Made by a program: the position numbers and the translations under genes
NCBI GenBank assembly: GCA_047495785.1
Contig: JBLDXI010000033.1
Span: 372,001-436,000, forward strand
Direction: 5' to 3'
From: Lepidodermella squamata
Lineage: Eukaryota > Animalia > Gastrotricha
Length of the DNA: 64,000 bases
Shown here: positions 10,349 through 22,190 of the stretch, piece after piece
How the letters are laid out: each line of letters starts with the position of its first letter
Numbering within the stretch: the stretch's first letter is position 1
The notes under the pieces: generated by a model
The model's database searches: none
Told to the model about the DNA's origin: nothing
What the model saw: only the letters and a program-made list of their open reading frames with translations

Positions 10349-11527
10349 ATGCTAAGCCGAATTTCCTCGCAATTCCTTATCAAATTCGCAATTTTCGAAC
10401 TAGTCCTCTCGTGGGAGGCTAGTCCAAGGCTGAACCAACTGTTGAAGAACTGTAGCCACATTTCGCCCGAATTTTACGTTCCACTATGCGACAACGGTTT
10501 GCACGAACTAGGTTACGGCTGGCCTGAATGTCGCATTACGAATTTCAGTGCAAATCTGTTCCTGGACTCTTTCTACGATATCAATGAAGTTCAGGAATTA
10601 TGGACAGTTACTGGCTCGATTATACTACAGTGGGAGGTACCATGCCCCAGCTATTCACCAAGCGCTAATCACACCCATATTTACATCGATGAGAATGAGG
10701 TCTGGAAGCCTAGGGTGAATCATAAAAACACCGTTGATAACTACGGAATGATAGATGGATTTTCGAGCCGGCTACTTCTCAAAATTTGGAACCAGGGTAT
10801 ACTAGATTTCACTTGGCAAAGATACGGAGTTTTCACATCTTCCTGCCCGATGAAGCTGTCCAACTTTCCGTTCGATAACCAGCAATGTTCGATTGTGTTA
10901 ACGATGCAAGAAAATTACGCTGTGGCAAGGTTTATTAGCAGTAAATTCGACCTTACCCCAGCGTTTATAAGAGACGAGCAAGGTTGGGCTATCGCCAATA
11001 CAAGCTACAACTTTGATGTTCTTAACTTGGAGGGCAATCGCAGTGTTGCGACGTTCACTATTGATTTAAAGCGAAAGCCGGATTTCTATATCTTTAATTT
11101 GATGGTCCCTTCATGCCTCCTAGCTGCCTTGCAAATGTTTTCTCTTCTCATGGACCCAACTTACCCGGATAGACCAGCTTTTGCCATGACTATTCTTTTA
11201 GCTCTAACCTTTCTCAGGTCCGAGATTAATCTGCACGTCCCGCCAAAGCCGACGAGAATTTTCCTGAGCAACTACTGCGATTACTGCACGATTCTGTCAT
11301 GGGCTTGCACGACGTACACGTTGATTCTATGTGGCTTCGGAAACCTGAAGTGGTTTGGCGAGAAATTGGCGGTTGGCAGGTCTTCGAAGGCTGAGAAAGA
11401 AGAAAAAGCAGCGAAGTTGTGGACTTTCAACAATTCACGTCTTATCGATATAGCCGCTTTCATTCTTTCGATTGCAGTATTGATCGGGATCAATATTTAC
11501 GCACTGCGCATCGCATCAGTTATTTGA
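10349..11527 (+). CDS. Divergent intronless Cys-loop pLGIC subunit (left clade, D1)
   Basis: Cys-loop CPMKLSNFPFDNQQC; M2 PDRPAFAMTILLA; 4 TM. Confidence 0.93.
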   Translation: MLSRISSQFLIKFAIFELVLSWEASPRLNQLLKNCSHISPEFYVPLCDNGLHELGYGWPECRITNFSANLFLDSFYDINEVQELWTVTGSIILQWEVPCPSYSPSANHTHIYIDENEVWKPRVNHKNTVDNYGMIDGFSSRLLLKIWNQGILDFTWQRYGVFTSSCPMKLSNFPFDNQQCSIVLTMQENYAVARFISSKFDLTPAFIRDEQGWAIANTSYNFDVLNLEGNRSVATFTIDLKRKPDFYIFNLMVPSCLLAALQMFSLLMDPTYPDRPAFAMTILLALTFLRSEINLHVPPKPTRIFLSNYCDYCTILSWACTTYTLILCGFGNLKWFGEKLAVGRSSKAEKEEKAAKLWTFNNSRLIDIAAFILSIAVLIGINIYALRIASVI

Positions 11528-11917
11528 TGAGAGACAATTTTCAACAGGTGGCAAATATCAATTGAGGCTGAATTAACAGAAGTGGGCATGCAATAAAATG
11601 CGACAAATAACTAGTAAACGGGTGCACGCATTACTTGTAATAAACAGAAACATTCAATGTTGTCATTTTACCCTATACAAGTACTCATTGACTGCTAAGT
11701 AAACATCACATGATCGCATTATATGACGATGAGAGCCGACACTTGATTCAGCCTTTCACTACAAGAACCATGCCCTCAGACCTAAATAACTGAATAATTT
11801 ATCACACCTAATGATCACATCGTGCTTGCGGCGAGACCGATATGTCTGTTACTAATGCTAAAAATGAAAGTCATCAACCTTTCACTTACAACGGTAGCTA
11901 GATTTAGCGAGATCTAA

Positions 11918-13069
11918 ATGCTACGTTTTTCTGTCTTCTTCATCGCCGTGGTTTCTGCTCAGGTCTCCCCGATGAGGCCACGTTATGATGAGATGCTTGC
12001 CAACTGCAGCAATATTTCGCCAGAATTTTACGTTCCTTCGTGCGACAACAGCTTGTTCGAGGCAAATATCGGTTGGCCTTACTGTAACGTCACAAATTTC
12101 ACGGCAAGCTTGGTTTTTGAATCGTTCTACGGCCTTAATGAGGTCGAGGAGACTTGCAAAATTACCGGGTCTTTGAAACTGGTCTGGGATGTACCTTGTG
12201 ACAATTATCGAACCGATTTGCCGATCACACATTTCTACATTGACGAGTTTTTAGTATGGAAGCCTAGGGTCAACCATAAGAACACTCAGGCAAACTACGG
12301 CATGATCGATAGCTTCGCGAGTAGGATGTACATGAAAATGGTGAAGCAGGGCTTGCTAAGCTTTACCTGGCAGAGGTACGGCGTTTTTACTTCAGCTTGC
12401 CCGATGGAGTTATCAAAATTCCCATTCGACGAGCAGCACTGTCAACTTGTATTAAGCATGCAAGAGAACTATGCAGTGGCTCGTTTCGCGCATGCTAAGT
12501 TCTCATTTCTGCCTGATTTCATTCGCGACGAACTTGGCTGGATAATGAAATCATCTGAGAAAAGTATTGAAGTCATGGATCTGGAGGGTAATAGGAGCGT
12601 GGCAGTTTTTACGATCAACTTGAAGAGAAAGCCTGATTTCTTCATCTATAACTTGATGGTACCATCGCTACTTCTCGCGGCTATGGAATTGTTTTCTTTA
12701 TTCATGGACCCCCATTTCCCTGATCGGCCAGCGTTTACTATGACAATTCTCCTCGCGGTGATATTCCTCCAGTCTGAGATTGACAGCCGAGTTCCCGCGA
12801 AACCAACCAGAATTTTCCTTAGTAACTACTGCGATTTCTGCGCGATTCTAGCCTGGTGCAGTACTATTTACACGCTATGCCTGTGCGGTCTAACCAACAG
12901 CTTTAAGTGGTTAACAATACCGGTGACTATCGACTTCTCTGAACGGCTTGTTAAGAAGCCTATCAAATTCAAGAAAACGCGAGTCATCGATGGTCTCGCT
13001 TTTATTGCTGGCCTTATATTTCTTTTATCGATCAATTTACATGCCTTGAGCGTTGCTTCAGTCATCTGA
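11918..13069 (+). CDS. Divergent intronless Cys-loop pLGIC subunit (left clade, D1)
   Basis: Cys-loop CPMELSKFPFDEQHC; M2 PDRPAFTMTILLA; 4 TM. Confidence 0.93.
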   Translation: MLRFSVFFIAVVSAQVSPMRPRYDEMLANCSNISPEFYVPSCDNSLFEANIGWPYCNVTNFTASLVFESFYGLNEVEETCKITGSLKLVWDVPCDNYRTDLPITHFYIDEFLVWKPRVNHKNTQANYGMIDSFASRMYMKMVKQGLLSFTWQRYGVFTSACPMELSKFPFDEQHCQLVLSMQENYAVARFAHAKFSFLPDFIRDELGWIMKSSEKSIEVMDLEGNRSVAVFTINLKRKPDFFIYNLMVPSLLLAAMELFSLFMDPHFPDRPAFTMTILLAVIFLQSEIDSRVPAKPTRIFLSNYCDFCAILAWCSTIYTLCLCGLTNSFKWLTIPVTIDFSERLVKKPIKFKKTRVIDGLAFIAGLIFLLSINLHALSVASVI

Positions 13070-13291
13070 GGATTTTTCATTACAAATGGAGAGATTAACA
13101 TTTGGCATTCCGTTCTGTCGAATTTATGGTGCAAATTTTCAATTTTATTTACAACCCATAGAAATTAGACTGCTAGTGTACTTTGAGGACATTTCCTTTG
13201 CTACGAACTTTTCAATGCGATAAATGAGAAGTAAACACTGCAGAGACTTGCGTGCGACTCTTTTTTCGTACAAAAAATGTAATAGGTAGCC

Positions 13292-14449
13292 ATGAAATTC
13301 ATCAACTTCGTCTTTGCAGCGTTTTCTCTTTATTTCACTGTCTTTGCTGATAAAGGCATTGATCGATCAAGTGAACTACTAACACTCTGCCCCCACGTGT
13401 CATTCGAGGTTTACTCCCCAACTTGCAGTGATGGAGGCTCAGCTATTCATGAAGATTGTAACCCTACCCAGGTGATTCTTACCCTCGAACTTGACCGGCT
13501 AATCGCCTTGAAAGATGCCGAGGAAAGCTTGCAAGTTGACGGGTCAATCCGTCTCCAGTGGAACGTCTTTTGCTACAACTACACCTATCCTCATCCTACA
13601 TGGGTTTATCTTCCGCGCTATTTGTATTGGAAACCTAATTTGAGCTTGCTGAATGCCGTTGAAGACAACTCAATAGAATCTGGATTTGCCTCCCGTTTTC
13701 TTGTCAAAATTCCTCGTAATGAGACACTGGAATTCAACTGGATTAGCTATGGCATGTTTTCCACGAAATGCGAACTCTTCATTGAAAATTTCCCATTTGA
13801 TTACCAAGAATGCGAGATAAAAATGGTTATTCAAGAGACTGAAAATTCTGCAGCTTTCAGTACAATCAAAATTGATCCTGTAGCTGCTATAAACTTCACA
13901 CCTGAAACTGGAAATTGGAATTTCATCGGTGTCAACTCTACAGTCAGTCGAATTTTCTTATCCGGCGGGAATCGAAGTTATGCAGAACTAGTTTTAAAGC
14001 TTATGCGACGATCGAATTTTTACATTTCCACATATTTAGTGCCAGCCGTCTTTTTCACGTGTTTGAACATCGCTACAATATTTATCGACCCTATTTTCCC
14101 AGACAGAGCGTTCTTTGTGATAACTCTGCTGTTAGCCTTATGTTTCCTTCAAGGGCAGATGAACTCTGCATTGCCGAAAAAGCCTCTTTCGACTCTACTC
14201 GGCGACTACATCAATGTTTCCGTTGAAATTTCAGAATTTTTTACATTCTACACGCTTCTGAGCTGCGGATTAGTGCAAAGATTCCCATCTTGGTCGAAAA
14301 ATGTGGGCAGTTGGAAGCATTGGAAAACTAGCTGGATAAAATGCCTTGATTGGATTATTCTTACATCCTCTGTTGCGTTCTTTGTTGTATTTAGTGTGAA
14401 AGTGTTTGAAATGTCTGTTTACTCAAGGAAATCATCGGCTTCACATTGA
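13292..14449 (+). CDS. Divergent intronless Cys-loop pLGIC subunit (left clade, D3)
   Basis: Cys-loop CELFIENFPFDYQEC; M2 PDRAFFVITLLLA. Confidence 0.93.
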   Translation: MKFINFVFAAFSLYFTVFADKGIDRSSELLTLCPHVSFEVYSPTCSDGGSAIHEDCNPTQVILTLELDRLIALKDAEESLQVDGSIRLQWNVFCYNYTYPHPTWVYLPRYLYWKPNLSLLNAVEDNSIESGFASRFLVKIPRNETLEFNWISYGMFSTKCELFIENFPFDYQECEIKMVIQETENSAAFSTIKIDPVAAINFTPETGNWNFIGVNSTVSRIFLSGGNRSYAELVLKLMRRSNFYISTYLVPAVFFTCLNIATIFIDPIFPDRAFFVITLLLALCFLQGQMNSALPKKPLSTLLGDYINVSVEISEFFTFYTLLSCGLVQRFPSWSKNVGSWKHWKTSWIKCLDWIILTSSVAFFVVFSVKVFEMSVYSRKSSASH

Positions 14450-14712
14450 GCGAATCAATTGTATCGATCCCCTTTGCACTCTCTAGCAAATCTCTTTTTC
14501 CCTGTCCGTTACTCTTTGAATGTGCCTGAAATAACAACAATCCAAGACGCAAGTTTTGATTAGGTTTTACTGTCGAGAGTAATCGGCAATCATAATCATG
14601 ATGTCACGCAAAATAGTGCGTCGCGGCAATTCGATTTGCCCATTCATTTTTTTAAAGGAACTTGATAAAAAACTAGAAGGTTTGTTAGCCTGGAAATGCA
14701 ATTTTTCCCGAG

Positions 14713-15930
14713 ATGATCGGAAATGGTAAAATTCCGATCATGAGTATTTTCAAAGCGTCGCGGTTTCGCTATCAAAATTGTTGGCTTGTATTAGCATCTT
14801 CCATACTCGCATGTTCGCTGGGACAAGATTCGTTCAGGCCTCGCCAAAATGAGCTGCTAGAAAACTGCAGCCACGTTTCCCCCGAATTCTACGTTCCTAC
14901 ATGCGATAACAGCTTGTTCGAAGCCGGAATAGGTCCTCCGCGATGCGTTGTAACTAATGTGACGCTAATTCTCTCAGGCGAGCAGTTCTACGAAATCGAT
15001 GAAGTTCAAGAATCATGGACGATAACAGCATCTGCAAGACTTAACTGGGAAACACCGTGCAAGAACTTTCATTCAAACGAGCCAATCTCGCACTTCTACG
15101 TCAACGAAGACCAGACTTGGAAGCCTAGACTGAACCATAAGAACACGGTCAACAACTACGGCATGATTGATGGCTTCGCGGGGCGCATGTACATGAAAAT
15201 GACAAAAAACGGCACGCTTGGTTTCGTCTGGCAACGATACGGCGTTTTCAAGTCTTCTTGTTCTATGAGCCTCTCAACGTTTCCATTCGACGAGCAAAAC
15301 TGTTCGGTTGTTTTCATGCTTCAGGAAAATTACGGAGCAGCAAGGATTGTACAGACTAAATTTCCTTTTCTAAGCAATTTCGTCCGAGACGGTCAAGGAT
15401 GGATCATGAAGTCAAATCACAGTGGCGTTGAAGTAGTGGATGTCGAAGGCAATCGAAGCGTAGCAGTCTTTACTGTCAGCTTCAAACGCATCCCAGACTA
15501 TTTTATCTACAATTTGATGGTCCCCTCTTGCTTGTTAGCATGCTTGGAAATGTTTTCTCTACTTATTGACCCGGAAATGCCAGATCGGCCAGCTTTTACT
15601 ATGACTATCTTACTAGCTTTGACCTTCCTCCAATCGGAGATCGACGGCAAAGTTCCGGCGAAGCCAACGCGAATTTTCCTAAGCACTTACTGTGACCTTT
15701 GCTCCATTATATCCTGGGTCTGCACTATTTACTCTTTGTTTCTATGCGCTTTTTCTAACGATGTAAAATGGTTTTCTAAGACTGTTAGCTGTCGCGCATC
15801 GATTCTGCCAGTGAAATGTCTAAAAAGCATAAGATTCGCTCGTCTTTTCGATGTCTCAGCTTTTTTCATAGCATTTAGCGCAATAGTGGCTTTAAACATC
15901 TATGCAGTTCATATCAGTGGTTTGTTTTAA
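14713..15930 (+). CDS. Divergent intronless Cys-loop pLGIC subunit (left clade, D1)
   Basis: Cys-loop CSMSLSTFPFDEQNC; M2 PDRPAFTMTILLA; true start may be a downstream ATG. Confidence 0.92.
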   Translation: MIGNGKIPIMSIFKASRFRYQNCWLVLASSILACSLGQDSFRPRQNELLENCSHVSPEFYVPTCDNSLFEAGIGPPRCVVTNVTLILSGEQFYEIDEVQESWTITASARLNWETPCKNFHSNEPISHFYVNEDQTWKPRLNHKNTVNNYGMIDGFAGRMYMKMTKNGTLGFVWQRYGVFKSSCSMSLSTFPFDEQNCSVVFMLQENYGAARIVQTKFPFLSNFVRDGQGWIMKSNHSGVEVVDVEGNRSVAVFTVSFKRIPDYFIYNLMVPSCLLACLEMFSLLIDPEMPDRPAFTMTILLALTFLQSEIDGKVPAKPTRIFLSTYCDLCSIISWVCTIYSLFLCAFSNDVKWFSKTVSCRASILPVKCLKSIRFARLFDVSAFFIAFSAIVALNIYAVHISGLF

Positions 15931-16011
15931 CGTTTTATTAATGCTTAGTAAAGACCAGTTTGCTTATGCTTATTATTCTTATATTCAAGGTTGAATGAGC
16001 TGCCTTTCCCA

Positions 16012-17151
16012 TCAAATGTAGCCAGTTTTTCTCGCTATGCTTAAAGCGTAAACATTAACAGCCAAGAAACCACATGATGCAATTGAAATTCCACATGCAT
16101 CCACAAAGCGACCATGTGAAATGCTACTGTTAGATTTTCGTCTGCTTTTGAACCATTCTCTATACATTTTCGAATACCCGAACGTGAATAAAGCGTATAC
16201 CGTACACGCCCAGGAGATGAGGATTGACAAATCGGTGTAATTGCTCAAGAATATTCTGTGCGGCTTCTGAGGTACACGGTTCATTATCTCGCCTTGTAAC
16301 ACAGTTAGAGCTAGCATGATCGTAACCATGAAAACTGGGCGATCCGATGTGTTGGGTGGCATGATGAAGCAAGCTAGTTCGAGGCTTGTCAGAGCGAAAA
16401 CAGGAAGCATCAAGTTGTAGATGTAAAATTGAGGCTTTCGCCGGAAGCGAAGTTCATGCGCCACTGCACTTCGGTTGTAGCTGTCGAAGATCGAGAAAAT
16501 ACGAACTTGCCAATCGTCAAACTCCCAACTGAGGCTAACTGAAGGCTGCAAAATCTCAACAGATCGTTGGTGCTTATTCTCGAAAATAACAGCATCGGCG
16601 CTTTCTTGAATAACAAAGACCAACGCGCAAGTTTGCGAATCAAATGGGAAGTCTCGATAATCCATAGGGCAATAAGATACAAAAACTCCATTTTTGACCC
16701 AATTGCTTGTCGCAGAATTATTGGCATTTGGGTCGAAATTAACGAACATCCGACTTGTGAAGCCTGCTTGCATTTCAAAGTTGCTGATCGAATTGCGATG
16801 ATGCATATGTGGTTTCCAGACCAGTGATTCAGTGACATAGAAAGTTTTTGTGTGATTCGCAGCAAACTTGGGGCATTTCACTGTCCATGATGCCTCTATC
16901 CGCCCGGATATCGTTAAAGTTTCATCACCATCGTTGATTCCGTAGACACGATCTGGGAAGAAGCCAAATAAAATCGGTATCGCAGAGCAGCCTAATAGAC
17001 TTCTTGCGCCTTCTCTGCATAATGGGGCGTAATTGGTCGGTAGAACCGATTCCGAGCAATTTCGGAGCAAGAGATCTTCGAAACAAAGGAAGCATGGTAA
17101 CAAGCTCAAAAAAATATGTAAGGATAACGCTTTAGCTTCAGCGTGATCCAT
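16012..17151 (-). CDS. Divergent intronless Cys-loop pLGIC subunit (left clade, subfamily D4)
   Basis: Cys-loop CPMDYRDFPFDSQTC; M2 SDRPVFMVTIMLALTV; paralog of 29833..30969. Confidence 0.93.
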   Translation of the reverse strand: MDHAEAKALSLHIFLSLLPCFLCFEDLLLRNCSESVLPTNYAPLCREGARSLLGCSAIPILFGFFPDRVYGINDGDETLTISGRIEASWTVKCPKFAANHTKTFYVTESLVWKPHMHHRNSISNFEMQAGFTSRMFVNFDPNANNSATSNWVKNGVFVSYCPMDYRDFPFDSQTCALVFVIQESADAVIFENKHQRSVEILQPSVSLSWEFDDWQVRIFSIFDSYNRSAVAHELRFRRKPQFYIYNLMLPVFALTSLELACFIMPPNTSDRPVFMVTIMLALTVLQGEIMNRVPQKPHRIFLSNYTDLSILISWACTVYALFTFGYSKMYREWFKSRRKSNSSISHGRFVDACGISIASCGFLAVNVYALSIARKTGYI

Positions 17152-17827
17152 CTTGATATAAACATTAAATAAATTCTGCTATCCAAGTTGTGTTTCTCTT
17201 GAAAGGAGCATGCTGCCAACTTCCGGCAAGATGATCGATGACGAAGGAAAAGGAAGTCTGATTTTTCTACTCTTGTTTTTCTCATTATTCATTTTTTACA
17301 ATCAAAGGACATCCGCGCATCATCGATCCAACAAATTAGCAGATCTCATTGTCGCCGGAATCAGGGCTCTTCGATTTGAAGCTCTTGTACACTTTCGCAT
17401 ATGAGCATAATTCAACATGCATAACTTGTACTCAATATTATCCAACGAATTCTTTTGGCCTGGAAAATTGTGCTTCGAATAAAATCAATGAGAACTGTAA
17501 ATAAGCCCCTGTCCGTTGTAAAGTTTGTAATTACAAAGCTCACAGGGACTCTTAGGTCATAAACTCGTTTTATTTTTTTGCCCAAGTTCAACACGTGACG
17601 TCGTTTTGACAGAATATTCTGATGCCTCTCGAGACAGCAGCAAAAAAACAGCCGAATTTCCATCGCAGATATTTTGGAATTAAAGATTTGCGTGACGCTT
17701 TCGCCGACGCACGGCAAGTACGCACTTACAGTTCTTAATTACTTGTTTATCCCGCATTTAGGGAGGAGAGATATCCTGGCAAGATTTTTGAACTTCTTTT
17801 AGTCTACAAGTTCAAAATAGGAGATAA

Positions 17828-18970
17828 ATGATTATCTTACTATTCCTCTCACTGAACTGCGTCTTTGGCCAGGAGTTCTTCCGGCCTCGACAGGAAGAAC
17901 TGCTGAGAAACTGCAGCCATGTCTCCCCTGAATTTTACGTGCCAACATGTGACAACAGTCTTTTCGAAGCTGGCCTGAACTGGCCGTGGTGCAACATCAC
18001 AAATATCACCCTCATCCTATCAGCCGAGAACTTCTACGGTATCAACGAAGTCGAAGAGTCATGGACCATCACAGCCTCGGCTAGACTCAACTGGGAAACG
18101 CCTTGTGATAACTATCGTTCACCTCTACCTATCAAGCATTTCTACGTCGACGAATCAGCGATTTGGAAGCCAAGGCTGAATCACAAAAATACGGTGAATA
18201 ACTACGGCATGATTGAAGGATTTGCCGGGCGAATGTATATGAAAATGACAAAAAATTACACACTGGGCTTCGTGTGGCAAAGATACGGCGTATTCTTCTC
18301 AGCATGCCCGATGATCCTCGACAAGTTCCCGTTCGACGAGCAAAATTGTTCCGTCGTCTTCATGTTGCAGGAAAACTTCGGAGCTGCGAGGATTGTTCAA
18401 ACTAAATTCGTCATACAGCCTGATTTTCTGCGAGTAGGTACTGGCTGGAGCATGGTTTCAACGTTCAGTGAAAAGGATGTTATAAACGTTGAAGGCAACC
18501 GAAGCGTGGCCATCTTCACAATTCATTTTCGCCGCGTTCCGGACTTCTTCATCTACAGCATCATGGTGCCGTCATGCCTTCTCGCTACATTAGAAATGTT
18601 CTCATTTCTCATTGATCCAGACATGCCTGATCGGCCGGCTTTCACCATGACCATACTTCTAGCTTTGACATTCTTGCAATCTATGATTGACGAGCACGTT
18701 CCGTCAAAGCCGACCAGGATTTTTTTGGCAACATACTGCGACGTCTGCGCTATCATCTCTTGGGCCTGCACTGTCTACACCCTGTTTCTGTGTGCATGTT
18801 CCAATGACGTCAAATGGTTTTCAAGGTCACTCAGGGTCTTTTTGCCTATCAAACTAAGCAGCCCGGTGAAGTTGAAGCATTCTCGCATGTTCGACGTAGT
18901 CGCTTTCGTGACGGCGTTATCAAGCATCGTCGCACTCAACTTATATGCAGCATCGGTCGCTGGGATGTGA
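17828..18970 (+). CDS. Divergent intronless Cys-loop pLGIC subunit (left clade, D1)
   Basis: Cys-loop CPMILDKFPFDEQNC; close paralog of 14713..15930. Confidence 0.93.
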   Translation: MIILLFLSLNCVFGQEFFRPRQEELLRNCSHVSPEFYVPTCDNSLFEAGLNWPWCNITNITLILSAENFYGINEVEESWTITASARLNWETPCDNYRSPLPIKHFYVDESAIWKPRLNHKNTVNNYGMIEGFAGRMYMKMTKNYTLGFVWQRYGVFFSACPMILDKFPFDEQNCSVVFMLQENFGAARIVQTKFVIQPDFLRVGTGWSMVSTFSEKDVINVEGNRSVAIFTIHFRRVPDFFIYSIMVPSCLLATLEMFSFLIDPDMPDRPAFTMTILLALTFLQSMIDEHVPSKPTRIFLATYCDVCAIISWACTVYTLFLCACSNDVKWFSRSLRVFLPIKLSSPVKLKHSRMFDVVAFVTALSSIVALNLYAASVAGM

Positions 18971-19339
18971 TGATTCGTTATCTTCATATGCATACAACTT
19001 TATTGCGTTGATCACAATTTGAATTGATTTTTCCATATTTTCCTCCGACATTAATGAACGTTTTTGGGTTGACAATAAACTAATCTTACAATTCGACTGA
19101 GAATTTATCAGTCATTTTCAGAAGGAAAACAAATTGCGCCTCTGTGTGGAGAGCTGATTGGGAAGAAACATATCTAAGAGCCTTTATCTATCGATAGGCT
19201 GGTGCAGTGGTGCGCAAATTCGGTCCCAGCTTTTTTGGCCTTAGAGCTCAGTGCGGCCGGTCGAGACTTTTGCATGCAAACGTTTTATTTTGTTTATATC
19301 TGAGCTTTTAAAAATTTGGGATAGCGACCATCGAAAGAC

Positions 19340-19520
19340 CCTCAGGCCCAATTTTGTGGTCGCCTTATCATTTCGATAAACCTGAGAAATTGCGGTGACT
19401 TGTTGGTTCATTTTTGGGTACTTTTTCGGAAAAGTCATCAGAGAAATAGCGTTCGCATTGCTCGCATCCCACGGTTTTCGACTGAAAACCGGCTGAAAAA
19501 TGGGGCAAATACTCATTTCA
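19340..19520. repeat. Dispersed repeat (probable non-autonomous DNA transposon piece); inverted copy at about 45915-46090
   Basis: Reverse complement reads gtatttgccccatttttcagccggttttcagtcgaaaaccgtgggatgcgagcaa...aaaaatgaaccaa and matches 45923 onward gtatttgctgcattttcaaccacctttcagtcgaaacccgtgggacgcgaacaa...aaaaatgaaccaa; boundaries approximate. Confidence 0.6.
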
Positions 19521-21020
19521 TGACCCTGGACCAATGTAAACAATAGGATAGGACGTGGCTATTTTAATTATATTTTTACCCTATTTGAAAATCAGTAAAC
19601 TGTCAGCGGCACTAAAACCGGTACATATATTGGAAATCAATGATTGAACGAAAAAAATCAGTCTCTGAGGCCGATTCCAAATGAAAATATCAAGACGGTA
19701 CGAGACGGTTGGAGATCGTACGTCGTGAGTATCGTCAAAATCGCCTGTAGTCGAAAATGTTCGAGCACCACAGGGCTGGTGGGTTGAGAAGAATGACGAG
19801 GCGAAGAGTGGCATTCGCTTGCTTCCAACATTGAACTTGTCGCTTTTGACATTTCGAAAACGAAGTTATGATATAAAATACGAGATTTTTCCGTAATTTT
19901 TATTAAATCTATTTTTGCCTATGACGCTCACACAAATAGCTCGATCTTTTCATACTGCAAAAACCTATTACATATGTATTTGCTGTTGTTTGGGTGTTTC
20001 CGATTTTTCATTCTGACACCTCCGAGCATAGGGAACTGCAGCTGGCTGCGTACATACCTGTATTCCAGGTAATTTTTCCCATTGTCATCGATGATATACA
20101 TGATTAAGCATAAAATGATTATACCGCGCGGAGAGACAGCGAATGTACTCGCTAGTAGGCAGACAAATGCACAGACGCTCGCAAATTTGCGCTTGCATAC
20201 AACCAGCAGATTAGACCTTCGATTTGATGGCACTCAATAATCGTATGATGGTTCTCTTACTAAATATTTTCAATGCGAATTATCTTGACGTCACTGCGAA
20301 CCCGTAACATTATCGTGAATCATTTATCTCTGATCTCAGAATAAATGAATGAAGCTGCAGCTTTTAATGACTCCCGAAATGTTCTTTGCAAAAATGTAGT
20401 TCCAGTAATACCATTTCGGGCATGTTTTTGCCTAGGTCATTTCATTCCTCGCTATTATAATGTCATAGTTTTTATCAATGCTCGATCACAACTGTCGTGA
20501 TAGGAGAATTCTAATTTGATGTTTACCTTACGATGCTCTGAGCATGAAACAATTACACGGTAATATAAATTTAACCGTCGAATACTAAAAATCGATAAGA
20601 ACATGTTACTGAGCCAACCCCCTTTGACGCATTTTGCAAGTAATTTATTTCCCATGTTGGTGATCGGGCGTCCCGTAAAATGTGCGGATAACTTACTGAG
20701 CATCCCTGATTTTTTTATATAAGATAAACCCTCTGACGGTATTCCCCCACTAGTCAGGCGTCTGGCGCGATTGATCGATTTTCGTGACACAAAGCAGCTC
20801 GCATTATTTCAGTGTATTATATAGACATATCAAAGAATATTCCTAATCAAAGCTTTTATTGAAATTGTTAAGGCTGCTTCTTGTCATTTATCACCTTCTC
20901 AGGCAAAATCGAAGCTTGCACCGTTTCTCCCATCATTCAGCGAGTCAAACCTAGGCAACCAACCTCAGTCACGCAAAGATAGGTTCTGCTGTTTTCCTCG
21001 ATTTTTTATGCATCGTCTGA

Positions 21021-22172
21021 ATGAACTTCTGGAAAGTCAGTCTTCTTCTCATACTTTTGCCTCCAGCGGGCTGTCAACTGCTGGAGATGGTTCAGCAGCA
21101 GATGATTGAGATCATGGAGAATTGCTCGCACGTTTCGCCTGAAATCTACTCCCCAACATGCCTTGAAGGCGGATCTGCCACTACAGCCATATGCAAGCAA
21201 ACTAAAGTCACAGCTCTCATCCAAGCTGAATATCTGCACGAGATCAACGACATAACTGAGGTTTTCACATTTTCTGGGTCGCTAAGAGTGTCGTGGAATG
21301 TGATTTGCGAGAACTTCTATTACCCAAGGCAGAAGACAGTTTACCTGGATCCGTACTACTTTTGGAGGCCTAATATCAACCATAAGAATACAGATGACGA
21401 CTACGGCATGACTTCTGGGTTCAACAGCCGGCTTTTTGTAAAAAATCTAAAGAATAGCACGCTGGAATTCACTTGGCAAAGATATGGCGTATTTTCGTCT
21501 CTGTGCAACCTGAATTTCGCCAATTTCCCATTCGATGAACAAACATGCAAGATCGAATTTACGATGCAAGAATTTGTTAGTGCAGTTGGCTTTTCAGCGG
21601 CTAACATCGATGTCAAGCCGACTTTCATCAACACTGAAAAAACTGGTTGGCTTCTTCTCGGCACTAGCTCTGTGATTGGAATGGTGGATATGCTAGGGAA
21701 TCGTAGTTCAGCGAATATTTCCTTCAAATTCAGGCGCTCACCTGAATTTTATGTCGTCAACTTGCTTGTTCCATGCGTGCTACTGTCTAGCCTCAGCCTA
21801 GCTTCGCTTTTCATTGAAGCATCTTCGGCTGATCGGCCTATGATAAGCATGACGTTGCTACTGGCTCAGACGTTTCTCCAGAACAACATTTTAAGCCATG
21901 TCCCTGAGAAGCCGCAAAGAATGTTCCTTTCAACCTATACTGCTATAGGAATTTTCTTCTCGTGGGCCTTAACAGTCTACTCTCTTGCCATGTGTGGTAT
22001 GATCAGCATTTTCTCGAAGTGGTTCCGCAAGAAAATTACGATTAGAGGAAAGCAACGCATCCGGTATTTTCGCATTATTGACACTGTTTTCGCTTTACTG
22101 GGCTTTTTAATGTTTCTTGCAATGAATGGCTATGCATTGGATGTTGCTGCTAGATCTGGTTTTCTACAGTAA
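21021..22172 (+). CDS. Divergent intronless Cys-loop pLGIC subunit (left clade, subfamily D2)
   Basis: Cys-loop CNLNFANFPFDEQTC; M2 ADRPMISMTLLLA; 4 TM. Confidence 0.93.
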   Translation: MNFWKVSLLLILLPPAGCQLLEMVQQQMIEIMENCSHVSPEIYSPTCLEGGSATTAICKQTKVTALIQAEYLHEINDITEVFTFSGSLRVSWNVICENFYYPRQKTVYLDPYYFWRPNINHKNTDDDYGMTSGFNSRLFVKNLKNSTLEFTWQRYGVFSSLCNLNFANFPFDEQTCKIEFTMQEFVSAVGFSAANIDVKPTFINTEKTGWLLLGTSSVIGMVDMLGNRSSANISFKFRRSPEFYVVNLLVPCVLLSSLSLASLFIEASSADRPMISMTLLLAQTFLQNNILSHVPEKPQRMFLSTYTAIGIFFSWALTVYSLAMCGMISIFSKWFRKKITIRGKQRIRYFRIIDTVFALLGFLMFLAMNGYALDVAARSGFLQ

Positions 22173-22190
22173 TCTATCGTAATATAAACT

